Part shown: positions 26,301 to 37,269 of the stretch, one piece after another
Position numbering within the stretch: position 1 is the stretch's first letter
Layout of the letters: each line of letters begins with the position of its first letter
Assembly: GCA_024704765.1 (NCBI GenBank)
Contig: JAKMXF010000099.1
Span: 798,846 to 862,845 of the forward strand
Source of the DNA: Oopsacas minuta
Lineage: Eukaryota > Animalia > Porifera
Length of the DNA: 64,000 nt
Direction of reading: 5' to 3'
Position numbers and translations under genes: made by a program
The notes under the pieces: generated by a model
What the model saw: the letters and a program-made list of their open reading frames with translations, nothing else
What the model was told of the DNA's origin: nothing
Databases searched by the model: none

Positions 26301-28467
26301 CCTGAGAACCCAGATAATCGTCAAACTTTTCTTCAGTTAGTAGATTGAGCTCCTCTCCTCTAGGATTTAATGATGGTGATAGGAAGTGTTCTTGTGAATC
26401 AAAAATGTTGGAGGATTTTGAGTTGTCCGATTCTGGGATAAAGGTTTTGTGCTCTGAGAAAGAATGATTTCGTAAACAAAATTCATTTTGTAATTTCTTA
26501 TCATATTCTAAGTACTCTTGAGTCATGTACTTTACAGCCATATCTTGCCTGGTTTCCTCTAAATTATTAGTATATGTCATCAAGTCTTCTATCTGCTCCC
26601 AATCCTGAGAAATCTTATGCACCTGTAAATCGAATTTGTTTATAAATGGAGTACTTTCTTCGTCGATTTTGAAGGGTAAACCAGTTAGATTGCGCAGGAG
26701 AGAGGTCTTGCCTACTCCTTCAGGCCCTACTATCATCAAACGATAAAATCGAAAAGGTTCAGACCCTTCCAAACAAGCCATCATATACGCTCTTCTGAAT
26801 GCATCCCCTTCAATGTTTAAAATAGAAGAAAGATCTTTATTGGAACTAAAATTAAAACCTCCAACTAAACCATCAATGACCTGAATATATTCAGACTTGC
26901 GAGATTCTACTATTGAATCATATAATATGGTGTGTAACTCCGAAAAATAATTCTTTTGAATTGACAGAATAAAATTAGCTAGCAAAGATGAATTCGCGCC
27001 AGAAAGCGTCTTATCAATAGCGTGTACAATCATCATGTTTTTGTAATTGGTGGGGTAGGAGTATGTTGATGGTTGAAACTTTTTGACTGCTTCCGAATTA
27101 CAGTTGGAAACTAATTGGCTAAGAAAGATAGCTCTAGGAATATCAGGGAAGGAATTCGCAAGCTCGTTTGAGAAAATATTGACCTTAAGAGATGTTTTAT
27201 CATTTAAAGATACTTGATGCTGTTCAATATCACAAGTTAGAATGAGCACCACAACTAGACTACATTTTCCACATAGATTTTTGTTTTTATTGATAGTTTG
27301 TGTATAGCTGGATTTACCAACCAACAAAATATCCTGAGCAATTCTGAAGTTCATCAATTGAAACTCTATCTTAATATTTTCAATTAACTCTGGGATAAAA
27401 TTTAAATTGCTTTGTGTAAAATTTTCGTTTGTAAGAACCATGAATAGTCCTTGTGATGATGAGCTTGCAGTCACATCATCTTGGCCTTGAACATTGGCAT
27501 TTCTAGAAAGATAAATATATTGTCTAAGAGTATTTTGTATAAAAAATACATTATTCGCACCAGAGTAATGACTACATGATTCAAGGAATTGGTAGTAAGT
27601 ATCCCTGGTGTTGAGAAATAAATTGATTAATTGAGATTTCGATTGAGTTTTTCTTAGAGTTTCAAATAATGATACCACAGGCTGATGAGGTTTGATACCA
27701 GGAGAAAGTGAAGATTGATGAGATGATGAATAACAAAATAAGGTGTTTGTACAAATGTTCTTTTCTGGTGTTGGAGGGGAGTTTGCCTGGGAGATATAGT
27801 CAAAGAAGAGGAGAACTGGCATAGCAGCCTCTGAACTGACTAAAGATGCTATCTTGTTAATAAGAAATGTATGGGAGTAAACAGGATTGGAGTCTAGGCC
27901 TTCGTGGAATTTGTAACTGAGAATACCCCGAGAATCTTTAATAGAGACAGCCTGACCAATACAAAATACGACCAAACTGTTGAGAGACGGGGAAGAAGCA
28001 ATAGCTTCATCTATTAATAAGGGAAGTGCCTTATATTTAGACACATCATAAATTCCTGCTTTAACATTAGAAAACTTAAGTTTCTGATGATCTCGAATAT
28101 AAGCTGTGTCCAAAATTTTCACATTAAAATTCAGGAAAGTTAAAGTTTTCTCAATCTGCTTTGATTTGAGTCTCGCTTGGAGAAGATCAATCTCGCAGCT
28201 TTCAAATATAATTATCAAACAGAGACCACACTTTGCATTGTGCTGTGAAATATGAGGATTAGAGTTGAGTGCTTCAATTGATATTTGAAATTCATTTTCG
28301 TTAAAAGACTGAGTATAAGGGTTAGGGCTAGTTTTAGATTTTACAAAAGACACGGGTGTATCCATAACAATCAATTCTCCATCACTATCTGAGTCAAGAG
28401 GTGGAGTATTTGCTCCCGAAAGGCCAAGTTGTCTAAAATTCTCATCAGATATACTTTGTGAGGTCAT
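23398..28467 (-). CDS. ROCO protein: two pseudo-caspase domains, Roc GTPase, COR, CARD-like domain, active-site-intact caspase (1689 aa)
   Basis: Uninterrupted 5070-bp ORF. Roc G1 GPEGVGKT (26704-26727), G3 WDFAGQ (about 26146-26163), G4 FSKSD, then a COR-like region (IPIKWIEL, LFHDIGFFF, YYVPYL). CARD-like helices at about 24320-24600. Caspase motifs RKGS, VMSHG (23986-23997), KPKIFILQACRG (QACRG 23851-23865), SFRH..GSIFIQ, LRKKLYF. Two N-terminal caspase-fold-like units lack His/Cys. Confidence 0.92.
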   Translation of the reverse strand: MTSQSISDENFRQLGLSGANTPPLDSDSDGELIVMDTPVSFVKSKTSPNPYTQSFNENEFQISIEALNSNPHISQHNAKCGLCLIIIFESCEIDLLQARLKSKQIEKTLTFLNFNVKILDTAYIRDHQKLKFSNVKAGIYDVSKYKALPLLIDEAIASSPSLNSLVVFCIGQAVSIKDSRGILSYKFHEGLDSNPVYSHTFLINKIASLVSSEAAMPVLLFFDYISQANSPPTPEKNICTNTLFCYSSSHQSSLSPGIKPHQPVVSLFETLRKTQSKSQLINLFLNTRDTYYQFLESCSHYSGANNVFFIQNTLRQYIYLSRNANVQGQDDVTASSSSQGLFMVLTNENFTQSNLNFIPELIENIKIEFQLMNFRIAQDILLVGKSSYTQTINKNKNLCGKCSLVVVLILTCDIEQHQVSLNDKTSLKVNIFSNELANSFPDIPRAIFLSQLVSNCNSEAVKKFQPSTYSYPTNYKNMMIVHAIDKTLSGANSSLLANFILSIQKNYFSELHTILYDSIVESRKSEYIQVIDGLVGGFNFSSNKDLSSILNIEGDAFRRAYMMACLEGSEPFRFYRLMIVGPEGVGKTSLLRNLTGLPFKIDEESTPFINKFDLQVHKISQDWEQIEDLMTYTNNLEETRQDMAVKYMTQEYLEYDKKLQNEFCLRNHSFSEHKTFIPESDNSKSSNIFDSQEHFLSPSLNPRGEELNLLTEEKFDDYLGSQVDSAAVAPTLFEENSKDFAKSIPVQKIHATLRGTDELSSKSNFLTAWDFAGQNYLYCFHSLFLSPRAIYLLLVDLSVDELTNPINVRTERMDRHTLRSQIGVPTTYLEAIEFWLNAIFSVSKTASNDIYQRPAKIIFVFSKSDCVINPIKRAEKHLETIRSHMNRRNNAFSLVHEDDGLFLISCLPESPYISGISKLKDIVKQLSDHIAFQQSIPIKWIELANIILREELPIINHRRICFLAESCSCLKDLEYFLHLFHDIGFFFYKQGIIITDVQKFLDLIYHIVSPQYGSALLERFTNTNTEILVRDLRICQSEAKLSCNLLEYILNSLNLRVLKDSLLDLLKIYGILIDSQSEEGLSNYYYVPYLFTTSSKKLVSLLPNHRFFSSFYLFFPDGFIPASLYFTLLSYCIRRNVEKNLSLPIFGFDCAFFYVCPSLLVAIEFCIDKPYIQINFSKINSLEEQENPYADQYDKSEIMDYLIFLQMLIIDIQGKLIPCGNLAKVVLDCTCDRLSDLDRMEHPCICLDQLLLTDSRARESWCYNKQCKINWNHIFNDNDFLLDYITKFYDNTSIAKFIFNNQDTFIQHINSQDLSPLLYKFGLASSERIYAINNKGYSQVENSANLLEELVHKGPLWAVKLYVVLCREYRNPGHQFLRSLIDKNISKGLITPLTFHNSKNIDRQPHHDRYRMNSNPHGIAFLVNIEIFATDQASVRKGSKLDLISLRDTFEHLQYVVIAKENLTKAEFKKEIIKIARLDHSSYDSFFCVVMSHGDEDDNILLSDGKKISRDEITSEFSNIYCESLAGKPKIFILQACRGSKIEVFQLRENKLSHRKYMFFSEYGNNIMKNNQVREDSEISTSGKEQLHPTIHPLRILLNPTGSIDEEPENLSALSDIFIGNSTVQRYSSFRHTSHGSIFIQSFCLVLQYCRYEEFLHIMTEVRRRVSLLSQTFSQCTEDISHLRKKLYF

Positions 28468-29081
28468 TAAATCTTCAACAAATTATCAGAAAATTAGATA
28501 AATGTATAATCTAAATTTGTAACTAAATATAACACAAACGTTGATGACTGAAGTAATGCAGAGTCATCATCCGGTAACTCGAACATCAGGAGGTAAATCT
28601 GTCCGAAATAAGGGATGGCCTCAATTAAGGGAAATTACTGCTCATTGAGTATATTAATGATCACTTCAAAATGCAATACCTAGATCAAAACATTCATATG
28701 AAAATTATTTTAATATATATTGTGAATTCATATAGTATACAGTTAAGAGCGTCGAAATCCGGGTCAATTTGCCCAAACTTTAATTATATGTTCTTGGACT
28801 AAGGAAAAGGGCAAATCGGACAGATTGAATAGTACCAAAGAGGGTTGTACTTCTCTATAAAATTATGTTATGTCACCAAACTCATCTCAACGTTTACTGT
28901 GAGACGTTTGCTGTTTCAAGATTAACCATAGGAACTTTTAACCAGGAACAAGATTTACCAGAGAAATCTTTGCAAAGGAGAAGTTGGGAAAGCGTAATAA
29001 GGGTAGGAAGGATCCATAGGTTGAAGAAGTTCATTACTAAATTATTCAAATCAGAGTTTTGCTGTGTTCAATTTAGGACTA

Positions 29082-30426
29082 CAGGGTGTTAAGAAATTGA
29101 TGCCCTAATTATATTTGAGTAACAGTTTGAAATCAGCGGTATAGAATGTGGTGATCACTTTCCAATATAACTGCCTTTACGTTTTATACATTCTTTAACT
29201 CTATTACACATCCCTAATACTAAATTCTCCAAAATTTCTGGAGATATCCTCGACCAAGCCAGCTTTACATGATTTTCCAGCATCAAAACGTTGGTTGGAA
29301 TAAGCATCATTTGAATATCATGTTAGACTATTGACCACAAATTTTCAATGGGATTGAGGTCCGAGAGTTACCTGGCCAAGTTTTCCTTGTCCAAAATTCG
29401 ATTAAATTGTTATCACACCATTCTTGCGTTCTTTTGGCAGTGTGGGCCGGAGCACCATCCTGTTGAAAGATGGCTCGTGACATGTCTGGCAACATCTTGC
29501 GACGTAAAACACTCGCTTCTTCTGGTTGACGCTGCATAGTAGACATCAATGACTTATTCAATATCTCTCTTACATAATAATCCGCGTTAACAGTTTGACC
29601 TTTGGGGATGATATGGAGTTCTGATACTGCACGATATGACATCATTCCCCAAACGAGGATTTTTGAGGGGAATTTCACGGTTTCAGTTGGTAAAATTTGA
29701 GACTGTTTGTAAGCCCAGACACGATCATTCTGATGGTTTAAGTGAGGATATAATTCGAAGGGAGACTCATCTGAGAACAGTACCCGGTGCCACTCTTCAT
29801 TTTTCTAGGATTTCCGATCTTTACAAAATTGGAGGCGAGCCATCCGCTGTTTTTCGGTGATTTTTGGCTGTTTTTGAGGTTTAAAGGGCTTGACAGAGAG
29901 TGTACTTCTTAAATATGTATGTACTGTTACATGAGACACTGGGCATCTCTTGGAGTGTAAGCGCTTAGCCAATCTCCGCGTTGATTGGTGTCTTTTGCAA
30001 ATCGATTTTGCAATGACGATTTTAGCAATTTTTGTGATTGTGGATTTGCGTCTACGTCCAGGCTTGTTTTCGAGGGAGCGACATGACTTATTGCGGCTCA
30101 ACCAACGTCGACTTGTTCGAATTTTTATTCCTAAGCTCTGTGAAACCCGTATCTGAGTCATTCCACTCAATACCATTCCTACTGCCCTGCTTCTTGTGGC
30201 GGAAGTAGCTTCTTTGACAATTAGTATACGCTATAATTCGTACAATCGGGTTTGATAATATACAAAATAGAAATTGGCATTCTGACTGAGAGTGATATAC
30301 TAAAATTGTCTAAAACTGGTTGTCAAATTGAAATAAGAGTGGGTGTATTTCATAAGATTGAACACTGAAACTATGGTTACATTATTGTAGATTAAGTGAT
30401 TAGGGCATCAATTTCTTAACACCCTG
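29082..30426 (-). mobile_element. Tc1-related DD37E transposon, defective
   Basis: Perfect TIR CAGGGTGTTAAGAAATTGATGCCCTAAT with TA TSD. Motif FQQDGAPAHT..WPGNS; frameshifts. Same subfamily as 15412-16751. Confidence 0.93.
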
Positions 30427-30899
30427 TATGGGAGCTCTACCTCAAATCTCCGTTGCCAAAATTAAAAAGCATTAAATAGCGTTACGATTGCCATACTTAA
30501 TTTATTTAACCAACAACTTCAACGAATACCGCAAACAAGTAATTGATTAAGCAATTAAACAGAAAACTGTAAAATGAATTTTACTGTCAGAATTCAGTTT
30601 CTACATGAGATTAGGAACTGTTTTACTCCACGTTTAGATATTTGCAGAAAGATAATCTAATAACCAAGACTTGCAATACTCCAAAAGTCTCCAAAATATT
30701 GTAGCAAACCAATAATCGATTACGGTCCAAACATTAGTAATGAAAGGGAACAGTAAATTCGCAACTTCGTTTTAACCAATTCCTGCGTATAAACTAGATT
30801 TGAGCATCCATTTGAGGACATAAATCACTTTTCCCGGAAGTATTCGGGTAATAGAAAATGCAGAGATGAAGTCTCTGGTATGTTATCCTAAAGAAAAAT

Positions 30900-31080
30900 A
30901 AATGAGATTGGACAAATGCCCTTTTCCCAAAAACGGGCAAATTGTTTTGTTGAATATAGCTGCAAATTTGAAAAATTGATTTCTTTCTGTAGAATATTAT
31001 TAGTATTTTTCAGTTGCTATTTGTCACTGGAAGCTGGCTAATTCATAGAATGATTTTGAAAATGGGGTAAAATTTCAGGC
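30900..31080. repeat. Non-coding repeat, second copy at about 43630-43790
   Basis: CCCAAAAACGGGC.AATT..TTTTGTTGAAT...GCTG.AAATTTG...GATATTTGTCACT..A.CTGG.CTAATT shared by both sites. Confidence 0.55.
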
Positions 31081-31611
31081 GGAACGTTTTTATTAACTCG
31101 AACTGATCTGACCAGGTTTCTCGACCTCTCTAAATAATCTTCTTAAGTGCTGGCATCCAGGTTGCATGACAAATATTTACTTCTTCATGTAACGAAGATT
31201 ACACATCATCGTAATAGAGAAAATTGGTACAACTATAGTGATGCACACCTTGATAAAAATTGGTTTTAGTGAAGATGTGGTTATTGTAGTGTGGTAGTAC
31301 TTATAAAACAATGACGATAGGTAAAAAGAACGCAACAATAGGTCATGAATTGAGAAAGTCACACTAATTTTCTTTTATATTGAAGGTAGCCAAAACCATA
31401 CTAATTTAGACATTATCGAATGCTTTTACCGTGTGCATATTCTGTTTGTTATGGTGATGATGATAATGATGATAATCTACACATATACCATGAGATAAAT
31501 ATTTCTACTACTTTAACTTATTCATATATGTCAAATAGCAAAGTGATTAGTGTAAAATAGGTGTATATTTCATTAACCTGAAAAAAATCACAAAAAGAAC
31601 ATATTTAACTA

Positions 31612-31790
31612 CATAATTGCACCAATTAGAAAGCAGTACCCTGTAGTGTGGTGTTCTGTGCATAACATATTACAAATAATAATTCTTCCATAGCATAGCC
31701 AAGAACCTTGTACCTACATGCAGGCATTTTATTCATGCCTTCACTTCTAGTCACACTACAGGGTAATGCTTTCTAATTGGTGCAATTATG
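31612..31790. mobile_element. MITE with 39-bp TIR
   Basis: CATAATTGCACCAATTAGAAAGCAGTACCCTGTAGTGTG and its inverse at 31752-31790, one mismatch. Confidence 0.8.
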
Positions 31791-33300
31791 CACAGTGTGG
31801 CAAAATGGCCATAATGGGGAAATAGGTAAATGAATCTGTAATATCACCACAATTATACTTACATATACTAAACGACACTGTAGATTTCAAAGATACCAAT
31901 GATATTTTAGTAGCACGACTATAAACCAAGTTATGACGTAATTACTGACATTTTCTAGTTTTTAACACTTGTGGTTCAATAGTGAGGATAATGTGAAAGT
32001 TGATAATACATGCATGTCATGGTCTCTATTCTGCTATTTCATAACGACAATTAAAAGACCCTTAATTATGTATGACTATGGATATACTTATTATCATAAA
32101 TCATCTGATAGTATACTATTACACAATATTTCTTGGAGGCTATTTGCAACTTCTCTTTTCTTCTTCGCATGCTTCAAACGATTCTGTACTAGGATGGGGT
32201 CACTACAACATAACAACCTGACTAAAATATCTCTAACATTATCTGTGAAAGAAGTTTTTCTGCAAGATTCTCCCGATATCGCCTTACAAATTTATTGCAG
32301 GATTCTAAACATTCCTCAGAGAGATTCTGTAATCCCTTACCATTATTGTAAGCACCTATTAACTGAAACGAATGGGCAAGTAACTTGTGCAAAGATGGAG
32401 TGATGCTCGCCCATGGGTACTCAACTAGAATAAATTCGTACGTTTCTTTGCACAATTGCATATTGTTACAGTTAATCGAGTCACCACTGTCGAGGAGTCT
32501 TAACAATTCAGATAGATTTGTCTGGATCTTCTCTAATGATATTTTACCTGAAGGATTAATGGAAGAAGTGGCCCACGTCAAAAGGTCTCTCTTATTTAAA
32601 AAGCAGTCTCGCGCAATGTTACCAGTGGTTGAAGTGCCGCTCTGGCTTGAAGGGATATTGACACTGAAGTTACATCTTTCCTGGAGTATAGTTCGAACCC
32701 TTTTCATGGAAGAATTTACTTTCGAGTTTGATGGTGCCCATACCTTGTGTCTTGCATCAAGATGGTATATCAACAGCATGAACCACCTGAATACACAACG
32801 GTAAGCATGCAAAGGAGACGCAGCTATAATATCGATTTTAGAAGTTGGCTAATGCGTAATACCAACACGTTGATTTGATGGGAGTTTCAAGTAATCTTCT
32901 TCATCAATCTCTTCAAAAAGTTGCCGAGCGTCGCTAATTAATCTGTTAATAGGGAAACCAGAACGGGCCCATTCTAAACTTTTAACTTGGCTATCCGTTG
33001 CAGTACACAGATGACTAGAAACCCCACCAGCTCCATCCAGCAATCCTGCCATCTTGGTATCAAAAAGGAACGGACTATCTCGACCTGTGCATGGCCTCCA
33101 ATATGAGATAACCCATCCTGTATGATATGGTCTGTTTGAGGATTGACTATTGTATTCATGATAAGCTTTACACTAGAATATTCTTCTTTCAAAGCTATCA
33201 GTGTTACTGGCCTAAAGCAGAACGGAGAGTTGGGTGTGCTGTTATAGAACACGTCATTTCCAAGTGTGTCTGTAATTGATATTTGTGGGTGTCAACAATA
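31791..33300 (-). mobile_element. Transib (RAG1-like) transposon remnant with one intact terminus
   Basis: Minus-strand motifs NSTPNSPFCFRP, DTKMAGLLDG, GTSTTGNIARDCF, YPWASITPSLHKLLAH, LSEECLESCNKFVRRYRENLARK and RLLCCSDP. Terminus CACAGTG-TGG-CAAAATGG at 31791. Confidence 0.88.
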
Positions 33301-33449
33301 TATTGTGAAGGATAAGGTTACACTGCTGTGTACCTGCAAACACTAGTTAACAATGTATTGACTAGTATAAATCCTAATTCGAATTACCCGAGGTATAATC
33401 GAAAATGGAATTCACAATACAAGAGCATAAACGTTCACTAGGTAAAGTT

Positions 33450-36325
33450 GTTAAACTCCAGATGGATACAACTATGTTCATTCAAAGATTAATGAAGATT
33501 GTATCTATCTTAAATGCGCTACAATCAGGCGTTGGTGCAAAGGAACAAGTAAACTAAATCGTTCGAGAACTTTACTCACTCCGATGAATTCACATAATCA
33601 TAGTGTTGATGATTATAATGCTAGGGTTTACCAGCTTAAGACAAGATGCAAAACTCTTGCTAAACATTCACAAACGAATCTTAGGTAAGTATTCGATGAT
33701 GCAACCAGAAAGAATCTATATGCAGCTAATATCTCATTTGTAGAATGCGAGTCAGTAATGTATCGCGCAAGAAAGACACTTCAATCCAAAATCCCTTCTG
33801 CCGCTGCAGAGTTCTGTGAAATGTTAGCGATTTCCACTTTTAAAGATCATTAACACAGGGAATACAAACAGGCGTAATATTCCATTCAGATAAAATGATC
33901 ACATTACTCAATGAGGCAGAGAAAATCCAGTTTGATGGTACATTTCAAACTGTCCTCATTCTGCTTTATCAAGTATGGACAATATTTGTCGCTGTTGGTA
34001 GACATACGATGACTGCAATCCACTGTTTACTTACATGTAAGAGTCAAGAACTATACTCGACTATTTTGAGAGATCTAGTGTTACATGAGTCTCAATTTCA
34101 AGCAATTGCATCCATGTCTGATTGGAAACCTGCTGTTTAGAATGCTTTTAGAGAATTTTATCCTCAAATGAAAATATGTGGGTGCTGGTTCCACCATACG
34201 TAAAGAATTTGGGCGAAAACTCAGAAATTGGGACTGAGCCAGAGTTTGAAGAACAACACACATATCGCCAAGTTTATACGACAACTAATGGCTATTCCTA
34301 TTTTCCTGCTGCTCTAATCATCCCTACTTTTACTTTGATCGAAATTCCTGCAGTATCAACTGAAGATGTGCCGACAATAGAAAGACTTATGAAATATTTC
34401 AAGAAGCGTTGGATTCATCAAATATCCCCTGAAGAACTCTCAATACATAATATGACTATCTCTACGAACAACAGGGCAGAGATTTATCAATCCAAATTAA
34501 AGACTGGGATCAGATGCAACCATTTTCGAATATGTACTTTCGAAACAAAGCTCAATGAGATAATTCAAGACACTGATAATGACATTTGTTGCCTGTATCA
34601 AGGAAGAGAAATTAGCAGGCAGAGATGTAAAACCGATATCAAGAATTAAGAACAAAGGATTGTTTTCAAACAAAAACTTAGTGATAGACAAATAAACCCA
34701 CCGAGCTTCTTCAATCGATGAGTCACTATCGCTCCATCAAGTGAATCAGATTTTCTGAAGAGGAAGATGAAGATGATGATCGAAACATCAAACACAGAAC
34801 TTATTTGCGTAGTATGCTTTTCTCAAAGAAGTAATACGTGGGTATTCATCCCTGCAGACATGCTAGCTTTTGTGGCGATTGCAGCGAGAGGATTGTTAAC
34901 GTAGGACAGAATTGCCCTATACAGGGTGGTTCAAAAAAATGGAAACCCCCTTTGAAATCCCTATAGCCCTGTTATTTTCTGATCAAAGTCAATGAAACTT
35001 TCTAATTATACAATTCTAACAATCTACTAAAAGCATTAAAAGCATAATCATTCTAATTTAAGGATAAGTGGTGATTTATAAGATGTGCTCCATATGCCCT
35101 TCGTTCACCTCGATACATTTTTTGATCCTGATAGTGAAGTTCTGCATGACAGCTTTCAAAACAGGTCCCTCTATTGCACTTACCTCGTCTTTGATCTTCT
35201 CTTTCAGGTGGTTTAGATCTCTCGGCTTCTCTTCATACACTTTGTTCTCAAGATAACCCCACAGATAGAAATCCGGGGACTAAGGTCTGGAGAATAGGGT
35301 GGTCACTCAATTTGGCACCGTCTGCTTACAATTCTCCTCTTGAAGGGCTACTTCAGCCATTCAATGCTGACATTGGCGGTATGGGGTGCTGCACCGTCCT
35401 GCTGGAACCACTGTCTGTTCAAAGTCGAGTTGAATCTTCTCTGAAGCTTTATCCAAAACTTGTCAAGAACCTCAATGTATCGTCCTGAGCTCACGGTTAC
35501 AGCCACTCCATTCCTCTCGAAAAAGAATGGACCAATAATCCCTCTTGAAGATATCGCAACCCATGCTGTGACCTTACATGATGGAGTGGTCTTACAGCGA
35601 CTTCTGCAGGAGGCTAAGTATCCCAATATCCATTATTTTTTGAATTCACTTGACCGCTCAAGTGAAAGTGGGCCTCGTCAGTAGTCCAGAGATTCTTCAG
35701 AAATGTGTCAGACTCCTCAATCTTGTCGAGCAGAACTTTTGTCATCTCCTTTCTCCTATACTTATCAGCTTCAGAAAGCTTCTGGTGTATTTGTATCCGG
35801 TTTGGGAACATGCCCAGATCTTCGGTCATCACTCTCATCATTGTAGACCTTGATATAGCAAGGTTTGTGACCTTTTTCAGGTCGATTGTTTTGGTGACTG
35901 TTCAACTGACTCACGACCATAGCAATAACATGGGACGTGCGGAGGTCTTTCTTCCAGAATGAGTTTCTCTGTCTTACACTTCTTATTAAGGTTCTTGACA
36001 GTGCCTGTATATTGAAACTTCTCCACCATATTGAATAGGGCGGACTTGGTTGGGGCTAGTTCCGTCCCGAATCGATGTAAAAAGTTCTGTTGCGTTTTCA
36101 CAAACGACTTAGTCTCTAAAAATTTCTGAACACACCATACTCGCTCTTGAGTTGTCCACTGCCTTGTTTTTGGTAAATCAGAGGTGTTAGCTAACATACT
36201 ATCTTAAAATGGTATTGGGTTATAACTGAAGATGACTAAGAAGGTCAAAAGCAAAAATGGGTTTCTATTTTTTGAACTACCCTGTATGTCGCAGCAATAT
36301 AGATGCCAGAAGGGAAATATTTCCT
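33450..36325 (+). pseudogene. MULE (Mutator-like) transposase remnant with C-terminal RING finger, split by a DD41D element
   Basis: N-terminal zinc finger (YLKC..C..H.H), IQFDGTFQTV, MSDWKPA, CGCWFH, TNNRAE. Then CVVC...FIPCRHASFCGDC...NCPI, which resumes after the insertion as CRSNIDARREIF. Confidence 0.85.
34922..36284 (-). mobile_element. Tc1/mariner DD41D (rosa/VS-like) transposon, defective
   Basis: TIR CAGGGT(G/A)GTTCAAAAAA..GAAACCC with TA TSD. Motifs WTTDEAHFHLSG and FQQDGAAPH..PPYSPDLSP.D with about 41 residues between the last two Asp. Stops and frameshifts. Confidence 0.9.
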
Positions 36326-36459
36326 AATTGATATTCATTCATTCATTATGCTAAAAGTAAAAACCTCTAATATATGCAATTTATCATCATATATTTCAAA
36401 CTTCAAAGTAATATAAAGAAAGGCCTAATTTCTTAAAAGTGATAATTCCGACAAATGCA

Positions 36460-36690
36460 GCTTGCCACGTGGAGTATGAGTCAATCAAACAGGTCTTGGG
36501 GAAACTGAAATATCATGTCCATCAATGAGTGATTAGTGTTGACTTAAAGATGGCTAATTTCATCCTTTGGCAGCTAGTGGCTACACAAAATATGCATGTT
36601 TCCTATATCTTTGGGATAGTCGAGACAGAAATAACCACCGGACGAGAAAGAGAAGCTCTTGAGAAAGGATATGGTAGTTGGAGAAATGAT
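36460..36690 (+). pseudogene. Chapaev/CMC-like transposase fragment
   Basis: KLKYHVHQ*VISVDLKMANFIL..SGYTKYACFLYLWDSRD resembles the DLK..LLG.Q.GYTK..CFLC.WDSR motif I associate with Chapaev3-type transposases. Confidence 0.65.
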
Positions 36691-37269
36691 CTTAAGGATT
36701 CTAATAAATCTGACGTAATCACAATTTATTCGTAGGTTCGGAGGGCTTAAGAAAGTTATAAAAACGCATAACTATAGGCTATTACTAACCATATATTTAT
36801 GCTTTGTTGTCTATTTTAAACGAAATCTCGAATTTAAGAATATCACAGGTAGCTTTCAATAGTCATCAAAGAACAAATCATAATCAGCATATATTCAAAA
36901 TCAAGTGACTATAACATTAAAAGAAATATTTTTGAAGACTTTTCCTGTCAACAGTATTGGCATACATAAAGAATCCTTTGGTACCCTATACTAATGAATG
37001 AGCAAATAGAAAATCATAGGCGTAGGAGTAGGTCCGGTTGTGGCAGACCGTTTTTGGGCATATGTAATTTGCTGGTCCTGTTAAAAGCTGTACCATAACT
37101 TTTCTTGTTTGATGAATTATTACTTCGCACTATTGTATCCAAAGTAGGTAAATAGTTTTTAACATTGTTAATGAACACTGAATGACTGGTTTTGGTACGT
37201 TTTCAAAACAGGACATGTAATCTAGTGTTTCTACTATGAAAATACTTTATGTTTTTATTAATTACTTCC

